A DNA stretch of 64,000 nt. Origin: Candidatus Omnitrophota bacterium (GTDB lineage: Bacteria > Omnitrophota > Gorgyraeia > Duberdicusellales > 4484-171). Of this stretch, positions 9,194 to 18,303 are shown in pieces (positions within the stretch are counted from its first letter, which is position 1; every line of letters begins with the position of its first letter). The notes beneath the pieces were generated by a model. That model ran no database searches. It was not told the origin of the DNA and was given only the letters and a program-made list of their open reading frames with translations. The translations under genes were made by a program, and so were the position numbers. The stretch covers positions 9,449 through 73,448 of the forward strand of contig PMCS01000005.1 of assembly GCA_003154195.1 (NCBI GenBank), given 5' to 3'.

Positions 9194-9754
9194 TCACTTC
9201 TGTTTCCAGACTTTGCCCTCTTTTTTTTGAACTTCAAACCAGCAGCCGGCCTTGGCTCTCTGATAATGGTCGATATAAAAAAATTGCTGCGCTCCCTCTA
9301 CCGCTATTTTATTATTTTCGGCGGTGGCTTTATAGATAATCTCGCGATCCCGGTTTTCCGCCTCAACCGCTTGCGTAACTTTTCCCTTGAAATCGTCGGG
9401 CACGCCATCCCTTACCTGCAAAAAAGCGTCAAGCTTTTCACCGACATAACCCTTGACGGAATAATCTTCTATCTCCGGCGCCCTGGCCTTGCGGTGCGCA
9501 ATCGCTTCGTCGACGGCGGCAACCGGCGTTTCCTGAGCATAAGCTTCCGGAACGATTACCTTCAATAAAGAGTTAAGCTGCTTTTCTTTTTTTCCGTAAA
9601 TCCGGTCTTCAATGGACGAGGCTTCTTTCTCCACATGCTGATAAATATCGATACGCATCGTCACATCTACCTTAATCGGCTTAGTCGCCTCGACGCTGAG
9701 TTTCGCGCAGCCTAATACCGCCGCTACCATTGCAATAATCACCAGCTTTTTCAT
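9194..9754 (-). CDS. YdbL-like periplasmic lipoprotein (DUF1318 family)
   Basis: MKKLVIIAMVAAVLGC lipobox. The C-terminal EAENRDREIIYKATAENNKIAVEGAQQF...AKAGCWFEVQKKEGKVWKQK resembles the DUF1318/YdbL signature. Confidence 0.5.
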   Translation of the reverse strand: MKKLVIIAMVAAVLGCAKLSVEATKPIKVDVTMRIDIYQHVEKEASSIEDRIYGKKEKQLNSLLKVIVPEAYAQETPVAAVDEAIAHRKARAPEIEDYSVKGYVGEKLDAFLQVRDGVPDDFKGKVTQAVEAENRDREIIYKATAENNKIAVEGAQQFFYIDHYQRAKAGCWFEVQKKEGKVWKQK

Positions 9755-9900
9755 AGTTAACCTCCCTATCTTACCGTAAAGCCGTAGGATGCCCGCAGCC
9801 TTCGGCTGCTTGGACGTAGGACGCAATAATGATCAAGAACGTTCCTCAAACCCCTCGTCCTTACATCCCAGCGAAGAGAACGTCCCACGTCCTACGGTAT

Positions 9901-11046
9901 TTAGTCACCGCCCGCCCGATGCACCGGAACGTCGATGTCCCGCCTTCCCTGCGCGAAAGAATCGAAAACAATCCGTGTTACCATCTCGTCATTAACCATA
10001 GTAATTTTTATGATTCCACTATTATATGCATAATTTTTAAAACCGTCAATCAGCGTATTGTATTGTGTCTCATTCAACCCGCGGCGTAAAAAACCCAGCG
10101 AATCATCTTTTTTTATATCGATAAACCCCCCGCCGATATTGCTGAAAACCGCTCCCAAGCTGCTGATTTTTCCGTCCGCAATGAATAGATTAAGGCCGGC
10201 GTCAAAAAGCCCATCAGCCCGAAAATCACCTTTGTCCACAAGAATGCCGACCACGCTGTCTAATGACATATCTTTAAGGTTAAGCCCAACCGCGATATCG
10301 CGATAACCGGAAAAAATAATCGCTCCAAAAATTTCCGCCCGGGGGCCGAAGAAGATATTCTGCGCGTCAACTAATATAATATTGCTTCCTTCGATTTTCA
10401 AAGGAACCGTTAACCCTTCGATGCTTCTTTTACCGATTTTTGCCCCGTCAATTTTTAAACTATACAGACCGCCGCCGCAAGGCAAAAGGCTCAAGCGGTT
10501 GATGATTAAATCACGGGAGGAAAAATTAAAATAATCAATCCGCGCGGCCGATATGCCGATTATCCTTTTATCGTCGACTAAACATTTCAAAAATAAAGCG
10601 GCGGCGAACTCCGCCTCGGTTCCGGTATATTTTATTTGTATATTTTTTAGTTCAAGGGGCAGAGGAAAAATATTGAAGCCGGTATTAACTTTAGCGGAAT
10701 TGGTAAATTTAGCGGCTAATCTGCGTTTAAGCCGCGCGGGATTTTTTACGGTAATTTTTGCGCCATCAATACCGACGGCGCTGATTGCCGGAGGAAAAAT
10801 ATTAAAATTTACGCTAAACCTTGATAAAATAACTTCGATATCTTCATCGATAAAACTTAAATTAACCAGGGCCGCGCCCGCCCCTGAAATCTTGGCGGCT
10901 TCGACACGACATTTTCCCCCAAACTCATTTTCGACGAAACCCGTGATATATTTTTTTAACGCCGTTTCTTTATAAAAAAATACAAATACCGCGGACAAGA
11001 CCGCAACCGCCAAAACGATATATCCAATTCTACGCACGCGTTTCAC
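9901..11046 (-). CDS. Membrane-anchored AsmA/YdbH-like protein (putative)
   Basis: N-terminal TM, beta-rich repetitive body, sited immediately upstream of the YdbL-like gene as in ydbH-ydbL arrangements. Weak assignment. Confidence 0.3.
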   Translation of the reverse strand: MKRVRRIGYIVLAVAVLSAVFVFFYKETALKKYITGFVENEFGGKCRVEAAKISGAGAALVNLSFIDEDIEVILSRFSVNFNIFPPAISAVGIDGAKITVKNPARLKRRLAAKFTNSAKVNTGFNIFPLPLELKNIQIKYTGTEAEFAAALFLKCLVDDKRIIGISAARIDYFNFSSRDLIINRLSLLPCGGGLYSLKIDGAKIGKRSIEGLTVPLKIEGSNIILVDAQNIFFGPRAEIFGAIIFSGYRDIAVGLNLKDMSLDSVVGILVDKGDFRADGLFDAGLNLFIADGKISSLGAVFSNIGGGFIDIKKDDSLGFLRRGLNETQYNTLIDGFKNYAYNSGIIKITMVNDEMVTRIVFDSFAQGRRDIDVPVHRAGGD

Positions 11047-11055
11047 GGGGTATGA

Positions 11056-11565
11056 TTAAAGTGAATTACCACCGACTGAAGCCGGATGATTTTCTTTGTT
11101 TTCGATATATTTCACGAAAACAACAAGGTCGTCGCCGTCTTCGTAAAAATCTTTTATCCTGCCCGCCTCCTTAAAATCCTGTTTGAGGTAAAAATTACGC
11201 GCGGCGGAATAGTCGACCCTCGACGACGTTTCAACCCGTAAAATTGCCTTGGGATATTTAGCGGACAAAAAATCCTGCACTTTCGTTATTAATCTTTTGC
11301 CCATGCTCCGGCGCTGGAAATGCCGGTCCACCACAAGCCAATAGATATCCCAGGCAAACTCGGTCATGGGAGTTCTGCCAAAAATGACAAACCCGACCAC
11401 GCGGTCGCCGTCTTTTTCTTCAAAAATGCGGTAAGTGGTACCGGGATTGCCGCGATAATCCTCGACGACTTCGTTTAAGGTATCGATTTCAACCGATTTG
11501 AAAACTTCAGAGTTTCTGGCGATAGTCAGATAGATATCGCCGACGGTCAATTCTTGTTCGTACAT
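11056..11565 (-). CDS. GNAT family N-acetyltransferase
   Basis: WLVVDRHFQRRSMGKRLI...LRVETSSRVDYSAARNFYLKQDF resembles the GNAT acetyl-CoA binding motif region. Confidence 0.75.
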   Translation of the reverse strand: MYEQELTVGDIYLTIARNSEVFKSVEIDTLNEVVEDYRGNPGTTYRIFEEKDGDRVVGFVIFGRTPMTEFAWDIYWLVVDRHFQRRSMGKRLITKVQDFLSAKYPKAILRVETSSRVDYSAARNFYLKQDFKEAGRIKDFYEDGDDLVVFVKYIENKENHPASVGGNSL

Positions 11566-11709
11566 AGCCCCTCCTGAATATCATTGCATTTCTTTACGCA
11601 GTAAACCCCGTTAGAGAACTCCGTTCTCTAACGGTCTGCGCTGACAGTGGCATTAGACCACCGTCAGCTTTATCGCTGGACAACCGCCGCCTAAAGTCGG
11701 CGGCTTTCT

Positions 11710-12702
11710 CTAACGGGGTAAAAATAAAGACCCGATTATTTTTCCGATCACCTGGTTATAGCCATACCCCTTAGAATAGGCTTGCTTCATAAAACCGCTG
11801 TCCCGATTGATATCGGGATTAGGGTTTACATCCAGAACAAAAAGTTCGTTATCTTTCTGGCGCAGATCTACCCGGAAATAGCTGCGGCAGTTTAAAGCTT
11901 TAGCGGCTTCCCGGGATAACGATATTATCCTATTTTTAATATTTTTATCAATATTTTCCTTAAGCGAAGGCATAATTTTTTTAAACTCCAGGGACTGCCG
12001 ATTCCACTTGGAATTATAAGTTAAAAAAGGCGGCAAGCCTTTATAACGGGAGTAATCAATAACGGAAATACCCAGCAATTCATACGGCCAATTGCCCAGA
12101 AACCCCACGCTATACTCTTTACCCCATAAGAATTCCTCTACGATAACACCGTCGGAGAATTGGCGCAGCTTGTCTTTAACGATAGCGGGCAAATGTTTTT
12201 TCGAAGCCACTAAAGAATTATCGTCAATACCGAGGCTGGCGTCTTCGCGCGCCGGCTTGACAAAAACAGGGTAACGCAAAAGCTCCGGTTTAAGATCGCC
12301 TAATGCCTTGATATGCAATCCCGCCGGCACGGCTATACCGCGGCGCGCCATAATCCGTTTAGCCGCGCTTTTATCCAGGCAAGCATTAAGCGTCCGGGAA
12401 CCGTTCCCGGAAAAAGGTATTTTTATTTCCTCTAAAATTTCGACAAAATCTACCTCTTTTTGCGCATCGCCGCTGAAACCCTCGAAAAGATTAAAAATAC
12501 AGCAGGGATTGAACACGGCGATTTTTTTCTTTATTAACCCGCGGGTTAAGAAATCTTTTTTCGTAATCCCCACGGTAACGGCGCTAAAACCATTTTTTAA
12601 AATAGCCCGGCGCACGCAGGTATAACAACGCACGATGTCCCGCATATCCTTGCGCAATAACCTTTCCCGCGGAATAATAATTACTACTTTATTACTATGC
12701 AT
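11710..12702 (-). CDS. ATP-grasp ligase, D-Ala-D-Ala ligase-like family
   Basis: LDKSAAKRIMARRGIAVPAG...YPVFVKPAREDASLGI...VIVEEFLWGKEYSVGFLGN...VDLR...LFVLDVNPNPD. The start is probably the internal ATG at 12702, which overlaps the upstream stop in a TAATG arrangement. Confidence 0.7.
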   Translation of the reverse strand: MHSNKVVIIIPRERLLRKDMRDIVRCYTCVRRAILKNGFSAVTVGITKKDFLTRGLIKKKIAVFNPCCIFNLFEGFSGDAQKEVDFVEILEEIKIPFSGNGSRTLNACLDKSAAKRIMARRGIAVPAGLHIKALGDLKPELLRYPVFVKPAREDASLGIDDNSLVASKKHLPAIVKDKLRQFSDGVIVEEFLWGKEYSVGFLGNWPYELLGISVIDYSRYKGLPPFLTYNSKWNRQSLEFKKIMPSLKENIDKNIKNRIISLSREAAKALNCRSYFRVDLRQKDNELFVLDVNPNPDINRDSGFMKQAYSKGYGYNQVIGKIIGSLFLPR

Positions 12703-14150
12703 TAAATTACCAAAAGCCTCCATGGCGCCACGTATACGGAAAAAACTTTGCCCATTAAAATTATCCGGCTGAAAATATATTCGGGATTGCCCAGGCTCCA
12801 AAGGGGAATCTTCAGAAACAATTCATTGCCCCGGGAAATCAATTCAGCCCCGGGAATACGAAATGCCTTGCGATTGGCGTAAGCGATAACCCTCTTGTTT
12901 TTCGCCCGCAAAAATAGTTTCGGCATTTCGCTGAAATTCCGGTCCTGCCGGTAACCTAAAAGATGGATATGCGCCCATATCTGCGGCGCGACATTTTTGT
13001 AAAAAGAAATCTTCAGATACAGGAAACCGGGATCGCGGCGCAAATAAATATCCGAGATAACTTTCGAGTACAATTCTCTCGGATAACGACGGTCATTTTT
13101 AGTCAAAACGAGCTGCGGCTGGGTATAAAACAGTTCGTTCTTACGCACGAAACTTAAAAGATAGGATTTTTTGAAAGATAGCTGGCTCGTATATGCGAAA
13201 AGGGCTTTATACTTATTTTTTATTTCGTTATCCGTTAAAACTAATTTAATCCAGTTTTTATCTCCTGATTCCAAATCGGGCGGTGTCTCAAGCTCTTCGC
13301 CGGGAAAATACTGCTGGCGGCTCGGCCAATTTATTTTATGAACAAGGTACAGATAAACCACGGGGTCTTTCAACGTACGCCGTAAATCGAGCAACGCGAC
13401 GTTAAGATAAACAAAAGCGCTGCGGTGATCGGGATTAGTATCCTGGGGACTGGAAACAAAAATTTTTGTCGGCTTAAACGCGCTGAGGATATTTTTAAAA
13501 TCATTCAGAATGCTCCCGCCGATGTAAGGCGCACCGTAAGATAACGCGCTTTCGTAAGGAACCTTGTTGAGATGCGTTAGGAGGCTATGGAACGGATTTT
13601 CTTTATTCCAAAAATTCAAGAGAATGGCTTCAGTAAACCGATCCGGATAACCTAAAAATATAATGTCTCCCCCCGTAATCCCCAGAGAAGCCGTGGCGCT
13701 GACAGCTTCTCTCTGCCTTATTTTTCCTATCGTCACAAATCCGCTCCGGAATAGCGCTAATTGTTTTTTGTAAAAAAGAAAAGAAATCTCATTATAATCG
13801 CCGTTGGTAAAATATGCCACCTTAACGGCGGCTTTAGCGTTCAATGCCTTCTGGATAACGCCGCCTGAAGCGATGATTTCGTCATCCGGATGAGGGGCGA
13901 TTATCAAAACCCTATCCTGCGCGGTAAAATTTAAATCAGACTGGGCAAAGCAAGCGCTAAAAATTCCAAATAACAAATTCCAAATAACAAATAAATACCA
14001 AATTCCAATTACCGAATGGCCAAAACAGCTTCTGCTCTGGATATTGGAACTTTGGTTATTGGAATTTTCCCGCCCCTTATTATTCTGGCTTAGCGGGATC
14101 CCGCAAGAGACGGGAATTTGGGATTTGGGATTTGGGATTTGGGATTTCAT
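12702..14150 (-). CDS. LmbE/PIG-L family N-acetylglucosaminyl deacetylase-like protein with N-terminal TM helix
   Basis: VLIIAPHPDDEIIASGG motif, N-terminal hydrophobic helix. The first codons are encoded by the caaatccc tandem repeat (MKSQIPNPKSQIP). Confidence 0.7.
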   Translation of the reverse strand: MKSQIPNPKSQIPVSCGIPLSQNNKGRENSNNQSSNIQSRSCFGHSVIGIWYLFVIWNLLFGIFSACFAQSDLNFTAQDRVLIIAPHPDDEIIASGGVIQKALNAKAAVKVAYFTNGDYNEISFLFYKKQLALFRSGFVTIGKIRQREAVSATASLGITGGDIIFLGYPDRFTEAILLNFWNKENPFHSLLTHLNKVPYESALSYGAPYIGGSILNDFKNILSAFKPTKIFVSSPQDTNPDHRSAFVYLNVALLDLRRTLKDPVVYLYLVHKINWPSRQQYFPGEELETPPDLESGDKNWIKLVLTDNEIKNKYKALFAYTSQLSFKKSYLLSFVRKNELFYTQPQLVLTKNDRRYPRELYSKVISDIYLRRDPGFLYLKISFYKNVAPQIWAHIHLLGYRQDRNFSEMPKLFLRAKNKRVIAYANRKAFRIPGAELISRGNELFLKIPLWSLGNPEYIFSRIILMGKVFSVYVAPWRLLVI

Positions 14151-14174
14151 AATGTTTCGATCAAATATAATTTT

Positions 14175-15194
14175 CTACTTTAACCGGACTCCATATCTCG
14201 CCAGCGCTTCTTTTAATATTATTCTCACCAGTTTTGAATAATTCCCGCCGTTAAGCCGGTAAAGAATCGGCAAATCACTGTAACACGGGCTAAGCCCGGC
14301 AAGAGGGTTGATATCGATGATACGGGGGATATTGTTTTGATCGAGCCGGAAATCAATGCGGGCTATATCGCGCAACTCCAGAGCGCGAAAAGCGCATAAA
14401 GCGTAGCGGGTGATTAATCCTCGCGCCGGAGAAGGAATAACCATCGGCGGCTCGTATTTTATTTTTTCCTTCCAGTCTCGCTTATTTTCGATGGAGTATA
14501 AAAAAAACCGCGGGGATTTTTCTTTGGGAGCAATACGCATCATCCCCAACAAACGGCTCTTGTTTGCGTTGCCGCATACTGCCGCCGTGATTTCATCTCC
14601 CGGCAAAAATTCTTCGATTACCGCCGGCTGCTTATATTTTTTTATAACAAATCCGACGCGTTTTTTCAGAGAACCGTAATCAACGGCCACGGAATTAAGA
14701 AATATCCCCTTGGAAGACCCTTCCCAGCGGGGTTTAACAATGAAATTTTTGCCTTCGTCAAAAATTTCATTGCCGAAGGGAAATAACCGGCTATCGTTTA
14801 CCAAATACATTTGAGGCACAGGAATAACATTAGCGCGTAAAATAACATTGGTGAGACATTTATCGAGAGTAATTCCCAGAGCAATCGGGTCGGAACCGGA
14901 ATAGGGCATCCTAAGACTTTCCAGAATACAAGGAACCTGAGATTCCCGGCCGCGGCCGGCTCCGATTCCTTCGGCAAGATTAAACACAAAATCAATTTTT
15001 TCACGCGCGAGTTTAGCGAAAAAATTACCGTCTTGTTCTAAGCGGACAGTCTTAAAACCATAACGCTTGATTTCGGTTTCCACCGCCCGGATGGTTTCTA
15101 TTTCGTCATACTCCTCGCAGGAATCATCCGAAGTATTTTTGCGTTTAAGATTGTAGGCAATACCGATAGTTTTGATAGATAATTTTTTAGGCAT
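14175..15194 (-). CDS. ATP-grasp ligase, D-Ala-D-Ala ligase-like family
   Basis: IDFVFNLAEGIGAGRGRESQVPCILESLRMPYSGS (Ddl-type N-domain), FIVKPRWEGSSKGI, VIEEFLPGDEITAAVCGN, IDINPLAGL. Confidence 0.7.
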   Translation of the reverse strand: MPKKLSIKTIGIAYNLKRKNTSDDSCEEYDEIETIRAVETEIKRYGFKTVRLEQDGNFFAKLAREKIDFVFNLAEGIGAGRGRESQVPCILESLRMPYSGSDPIALGITLDKCLTNVILRANVIPVPQMYLVNDSRLFPFGNEIFDEGKNFIVKPRWEGSSKGIFLNSVAVDYGSLKKRVGFVIKKYKQPAVIEEFLPGDEITAAVCGNANKSRLLGMMRIAPKEKSPRFFLYSIENKRDWKEKIKYEPPMVIPSPARGLITRYALCAFRALELRDIARIDFRLDQNNIPRIIDINPLAGLSPCYSDLPILYRLNGGNYSKLVRIILKEALARYGVRLK

Positions 15195-15437
15195 ACTATT
15201 TATAAAAAGTAGAGAGTCGACCTGCCGGCAGGGAGGGCAGAGTAAAGAGATAAATACTCGTTGATCGTTGAAAGGTTGCGTAACTCGTTACGGTATTCGG
15301 TAAAAAGACGGTAACCGTATAACGACAGCCGATTCCAGCTACGCAGCCGACAGCCGATTGACATATTTCTCTCTACTCTCTACTCTCTGACAAAGGCAGT
15401 ATTTTACCACGCCTTTTAAAAATATAAAGAGACATTT
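15195..15437 (-). promoter_or_regulatory. Structured leader or inverted-repeat region upstream of the ATP-grasp/LmbE/ATP-grasp/GNAT genes
   Basis: Inverted repeat gtagagagtcgac ... ctctctactctctactctctg ~150 bp apart. Internal palindromes cctgccggcagg and cgttacggt...accgtaacg. Direct repeats acagccgatt. Confidence 0.3.
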
Positions 15438-15484
15438 AATAAAAAAGCGCTGACTGTATCCTCGTCGGCACAATCAGCGCTTTG
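15438..15484 (-). terminator. Putative rho-independent terminator downstream of kamA-like gene
   Basis: Hairpin aaagcgctgactg...caatcagcgcttt, followed by TTTTTTATT on the minus strand. Further hairpins lie at 15545-15598. Confidence 0.45.
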
Positions 15485-15599
15485 CTTCCTAACGTATTTT
15501 ACTAACCTATGTTTTCCCGCTTCCTTCGTTCTCGCCATTTGCTACAAAACGGCAAATGGCGAAGTCTCGCCAATTTGATTAACAAATTGGCGGACTTCT

Positions 15600-16763
15600 T
15601 TACCCTTTCGGACTGTAGTAAAAAAATGTTTCGTTCTTGTAATTACGCAACGTAACCCCATCGGGAGACATAGAAACCAGATAATTAGGGCTTATGGGAA
15701 TTTTTCCTTTACCGTCAATACCATCAACGACATACGTCGGTATGCACAACCCGCCGGTATGGCCTCTCATTTTTTCTAAAATCTCGATACCGCGCCAGAC
15801 GCTGGTCCGAAAATGCCAGGCACCCACCACCGGATCGCATTGATACATATAATATGGCCTTACCCTTATCGCCTGTAACTTCCGGCACAATTCGATCATG
15901 ACCTGTGGATCGTCGTTAACGCCGCGCAACAATACCGACTGGTTACTTATCGGTATGCCGCACCTCTGAAGCTTACCGCAAGCGGCAATTGAATCGGGAT
16001 TTACCTCCCGGGGATGATTAAACTGCACATTAACCCAAAGATTATGATATTTCTCAAGGACTTTACATAGATTGTCGTCGATACGCTCAGGCATTACCAC
16101 CGGCGACCTTGTCCCGATGCGCACAACTTCCACGTTGGTACGCCGCACCACCGACGATAAAATATAATCCAGCCTTTCGGTCGGCAAGGTAAGCGGATCG
16201 CCGCCGGATATAATAACTTCCCGTATTTGCGGATTATCCTGAACATAAGTTAACGCCAAATCGATATCTTTCAATGTCGGTTCGGCAAGCTTAGTATGCC
16301 AAAGCCTCTTCCTTGTACAATGACGGCAATACATAAAGCATTTTCCCGTCACCAGAAGCAAAACTCTGTCGGGATAACGATGCACCAAGCACGGCACGGG
16401 AGAAGTTTTTTCTTCCGACAACGGGTCTATCCGTTCATGCTCTTCCTGCCTTATTTCTTCCGGCGAAGGCACACATTGCATTCGTATTGGGTCTTTAGTA
16501 TCGGCATAATCTTTGATCAGTGAAAAATAATGAGGGGTAATCCGCATATGGTATGTTTTAGCGACTTGCCTTAGGTTGGTTTTGTCTTCTTCGCTTAAAG
16601 ACAGGTAACGAGACAGGTCCTCGACACTCCTGAGGGAATTCTTATACGCGGTATGCCAATTTTGGCAAGAAGTAATCACTAAAACCGCATTGTCACTGCC
16701 GGATTCTTCGATGCTACCGCCAGGCTCCTCGTCAACCGAGCCGACATTTTTTTTATTTTCCAT
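15600..16763 (-). CDS. kamA: KamA-family radical SAM lysine 2,3-aminomutase
   Basis: CxxxCxxC cluster in LLLVTGKCFMYCRHCTRKRLW, ISGGDPLTL, and KamA-type C-terminal region. SD AAGGAGG precedes the ATG. Confidence 0.75.
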   Translation of the reverse strand: MENKKNVGSVDEEPGGSIEESGSDNAVLVITSCQNWHTAYKNSLRSVEDLSRYLSLSEEDKTNLRQVAKTYHMRITPHYFSLIKDYADTKDPIRMQCVPSPEEIRQEEHERIDPLSEEKTSPVPCLVHRYPDRVLLLVTGKCFMYCRHCTRKRLWHTKLAEPTLKDIDLALTYVQDNPQIREVIISGGDPLTLPTERLDYILSSVVRRTNVEVVRIGTRSPVVMPERIDDNLCKVLEKYHNLWVNVQFNHPREVNPDSIAACGKLQRCGIPISNQSVLLRGVNDDPQVMIELCRKLQAIRVRPYYMYQCDPVVGAWHFRTSVWRGIEILEKMRGHTGGLCIPTYVVDGIDGKGKIPISPNYLVSMSPDGVTLRNYKNETFFYYSPKG

Positions 16764-17082
16764 TTAGCTATCATCCTCCTTTATTTTTTACTTCATAAAC
16801 AATAAAACATTTTATCCGCTTCGCGGATAATAAAATGGCATGCCGATTAAAAAATATTTTTGAATAACCGATTGTTTTTTCTTTTCTCTTGATCATCCGC
16901 CTAACCGGAAAAATTGCTGCCTGCTCGCAGCGCTCAGTCCGTCTCGCTCGCCTCTCGGCGAAGCTGATGGCCTTCGCCTTGCCGAGGCTGACGCGAATCA
17001 AAACGAACCGTTAGCGCAGGCGTGACATATTTTTTCGGTTAGGGTGATTTTTATTTTTTGCTTCGCAAAAAATATAAAGCTA

Positions 17083-17613
17083 TTATTCTCCACCCAAATC
17101 AGTAGCATTCGAACCGGCATCAGCAACGTTCCCGCCTGCCGCGCCACCCGTTTTCTCGTCTACGCCGGCGCCTTCTTCCTCTTCAAAAACGTAATTATAA
17201 TTAGTCGCCTTTAACCCCGTAGCTGTTTTTTCCACGGTTATCTCGACTTTATCCCCTACTTCCAGATAGGAATCGTCTAAAAATTCCTTAGTCGCGGCGA
17301 TTTTTGTGTCATTGACCACGAGGTAACTGCCATCTTCGGCTATTTCCTTCACTGTTCCTTTTATAATATTATCCTTATTGGCCTCTTTACTCGCCGCAGG
17401 CGCCTCTTTGACCGCCACAGGAGCTTCCTTGGCCTCTTTAACTACGACAGGCGCTTCCTTCTTCGCGGGTTCCACTGCCGGAGCTGCCGCCGCGCCGCTA
17501 CCGGATGTTCCAGCGACCGGAGTTTCCGTACTAGTATTTTGCGCCGATACTAAACCACAAAAAAATGTCACCACGACTGTAAATAAAAAAAATGTCCGAA
17601 TTCTTCCTGCCAT
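17083..17613 (-). CDS. Secreted protein with KEAPV(A/V)VKEA repeats and a DUF5666-like small beta domain
   Basis: Signal peptide MAGRIRTFFLFTVVVTFFCGLVSA and tandem KEAKEAPVAVKEAP repeats. The C-terminal YLVVNDTKIAATKEFLDDSYLEVGDKVEITV motif is DUF5666-like. Confidence 0.45.
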   Translation of the reverse strand: MAGRIRTFFLFTVVVTFFCGLVSAQNTSTETPVAGTSGSGAAAAPAVEPAKKEAPVVVKEAKEAPVAVKEAPAASKEANKDNIIKGTVKEIAEDGSYLVVNDTKIAATKEFLDDSYLEVGDKVEITVEKTATGLKATNYNYVFEEEEGAGVDEKTGGAAGGNVADAGSNATDLGGE

Positions 17614-17633
17614 AACTCCTCCTTTTTTAAAAT

Positions 17634-17897
17634 CTATTCGCCGTCTTCCTCATCGGTGTCGTCCGCATCATCGTCGTCATCATCTTCTTCATCATCATAG
17701 TCTTCTTCTTCATTATCTTTTTCTTCAAGAGTCGCATCGTTGTCTTGCGAAACTTTTAATATCGGCGGATCGAGCTCAATAATCTTTAGCTCCGCGTAAC
17801 AATTAGGGCAAACGGTAGTATCGCCTATTTCCAAATCGCCCTCCAAGCCAAAACCTTCCTCACACCCGGGGCATTTGATTTTTTTCGCGCGCGCCAT
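17634..17897 (-). CDS. LysW-like amino-group carrier protein (zinc-ribbon with long polyacidic C-terminal tail ending EDGE)
   Basis: KCPGCEEGFGLEGDLEIGDTTVCPNCYAELKIIELDPPILK resembles T. thermophilus LysW (CPECGAELRLENPELGELVVCEDCGAELEVVGLDPLRLE, ending EDWGE). Here a ~40-aa D/E-rich tail ends ...DEEDGE. Confidence 0.6.
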   Translation of the reverse strand: MARAKKIKCPGCEEGFGLEGDLEIGDTTVCPNCYAELKIIELDPPILKVSQDNDATLEEKDNEEEDYDDEEDDDDDDADDTDEEDGE

Positions 17898-17909
17898 CCC
17901 ATCCTCCCT

Positions 17910-18107
17910 TTAGATGAGCCCTTCTGCTTTTAACTCCCTCTCTGCCTCGATCCAATCCTGAAACGCACTGTCGGCAGACCTCCCTTTTTGCTCCCAGATA
18001 TAATATGCCCTTTCCTTTATTTTCTCTAAATCATCGTAAGAATACAAAGACGCTATTTCCCGCGCGTTTTTGTTTTTTTCTTTTTTCTTCATCCTCGGCC
18101 CCTCCAA
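17910..18107 (-). CDS. DUF2934-family small protein
   Basis: IKERAYYIWEQKGRSADSAFQDWIEAEREL motif. Confidence 0.5.
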   Translation of the reverse strand: MEGPRMKKKEKNKNAREIASLYSYDDLEKIKERAYYIWEQKGRSADSAFQDWIEAERELKAEGLI

Positions 18108-18129
18108 ATTTGATTATATAAAAAATATA

Positions 18130-18245
18130 CCTCCTGTCAAATATTTTTTAATGAGACTTCGCCGAAATCAAGCCCAAAGGGCACAGATTGAGGCGGTAGT
18201 CGAATTACCCTGAGCGACCGAAGGGAGTCGAAGGGTAATGAGCTT
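18130..18245. repeat. Intergenic repeat element, family 2 (modules TAATTCGACTACCGCCTC and CGAAGTCTCATTA), reverse-orientation copy
   Basis: Contains aatgagacttcg and gaggcggtagtcgaatta, the reverse complements of modules seen at 41515-41671 and 62860-62990. Confidence 0.55.
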
Positions 18246-18303
18246 GGAACTTCACTGTAACGACAATCATACTCTATCACAAAAAAAATGAAAAATCCAC
18301 TTT

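Noticed and set aside
12702-12801. 100-bp overlap between the ATP-grasp ORF (called start 12801) and the LmbE-like gene
   Set aside because: The track uses the most upstream start. The internal ATG at 12702 forms a TAATG stop-start overlap and is the more plausible start, so there is no real long overlap.
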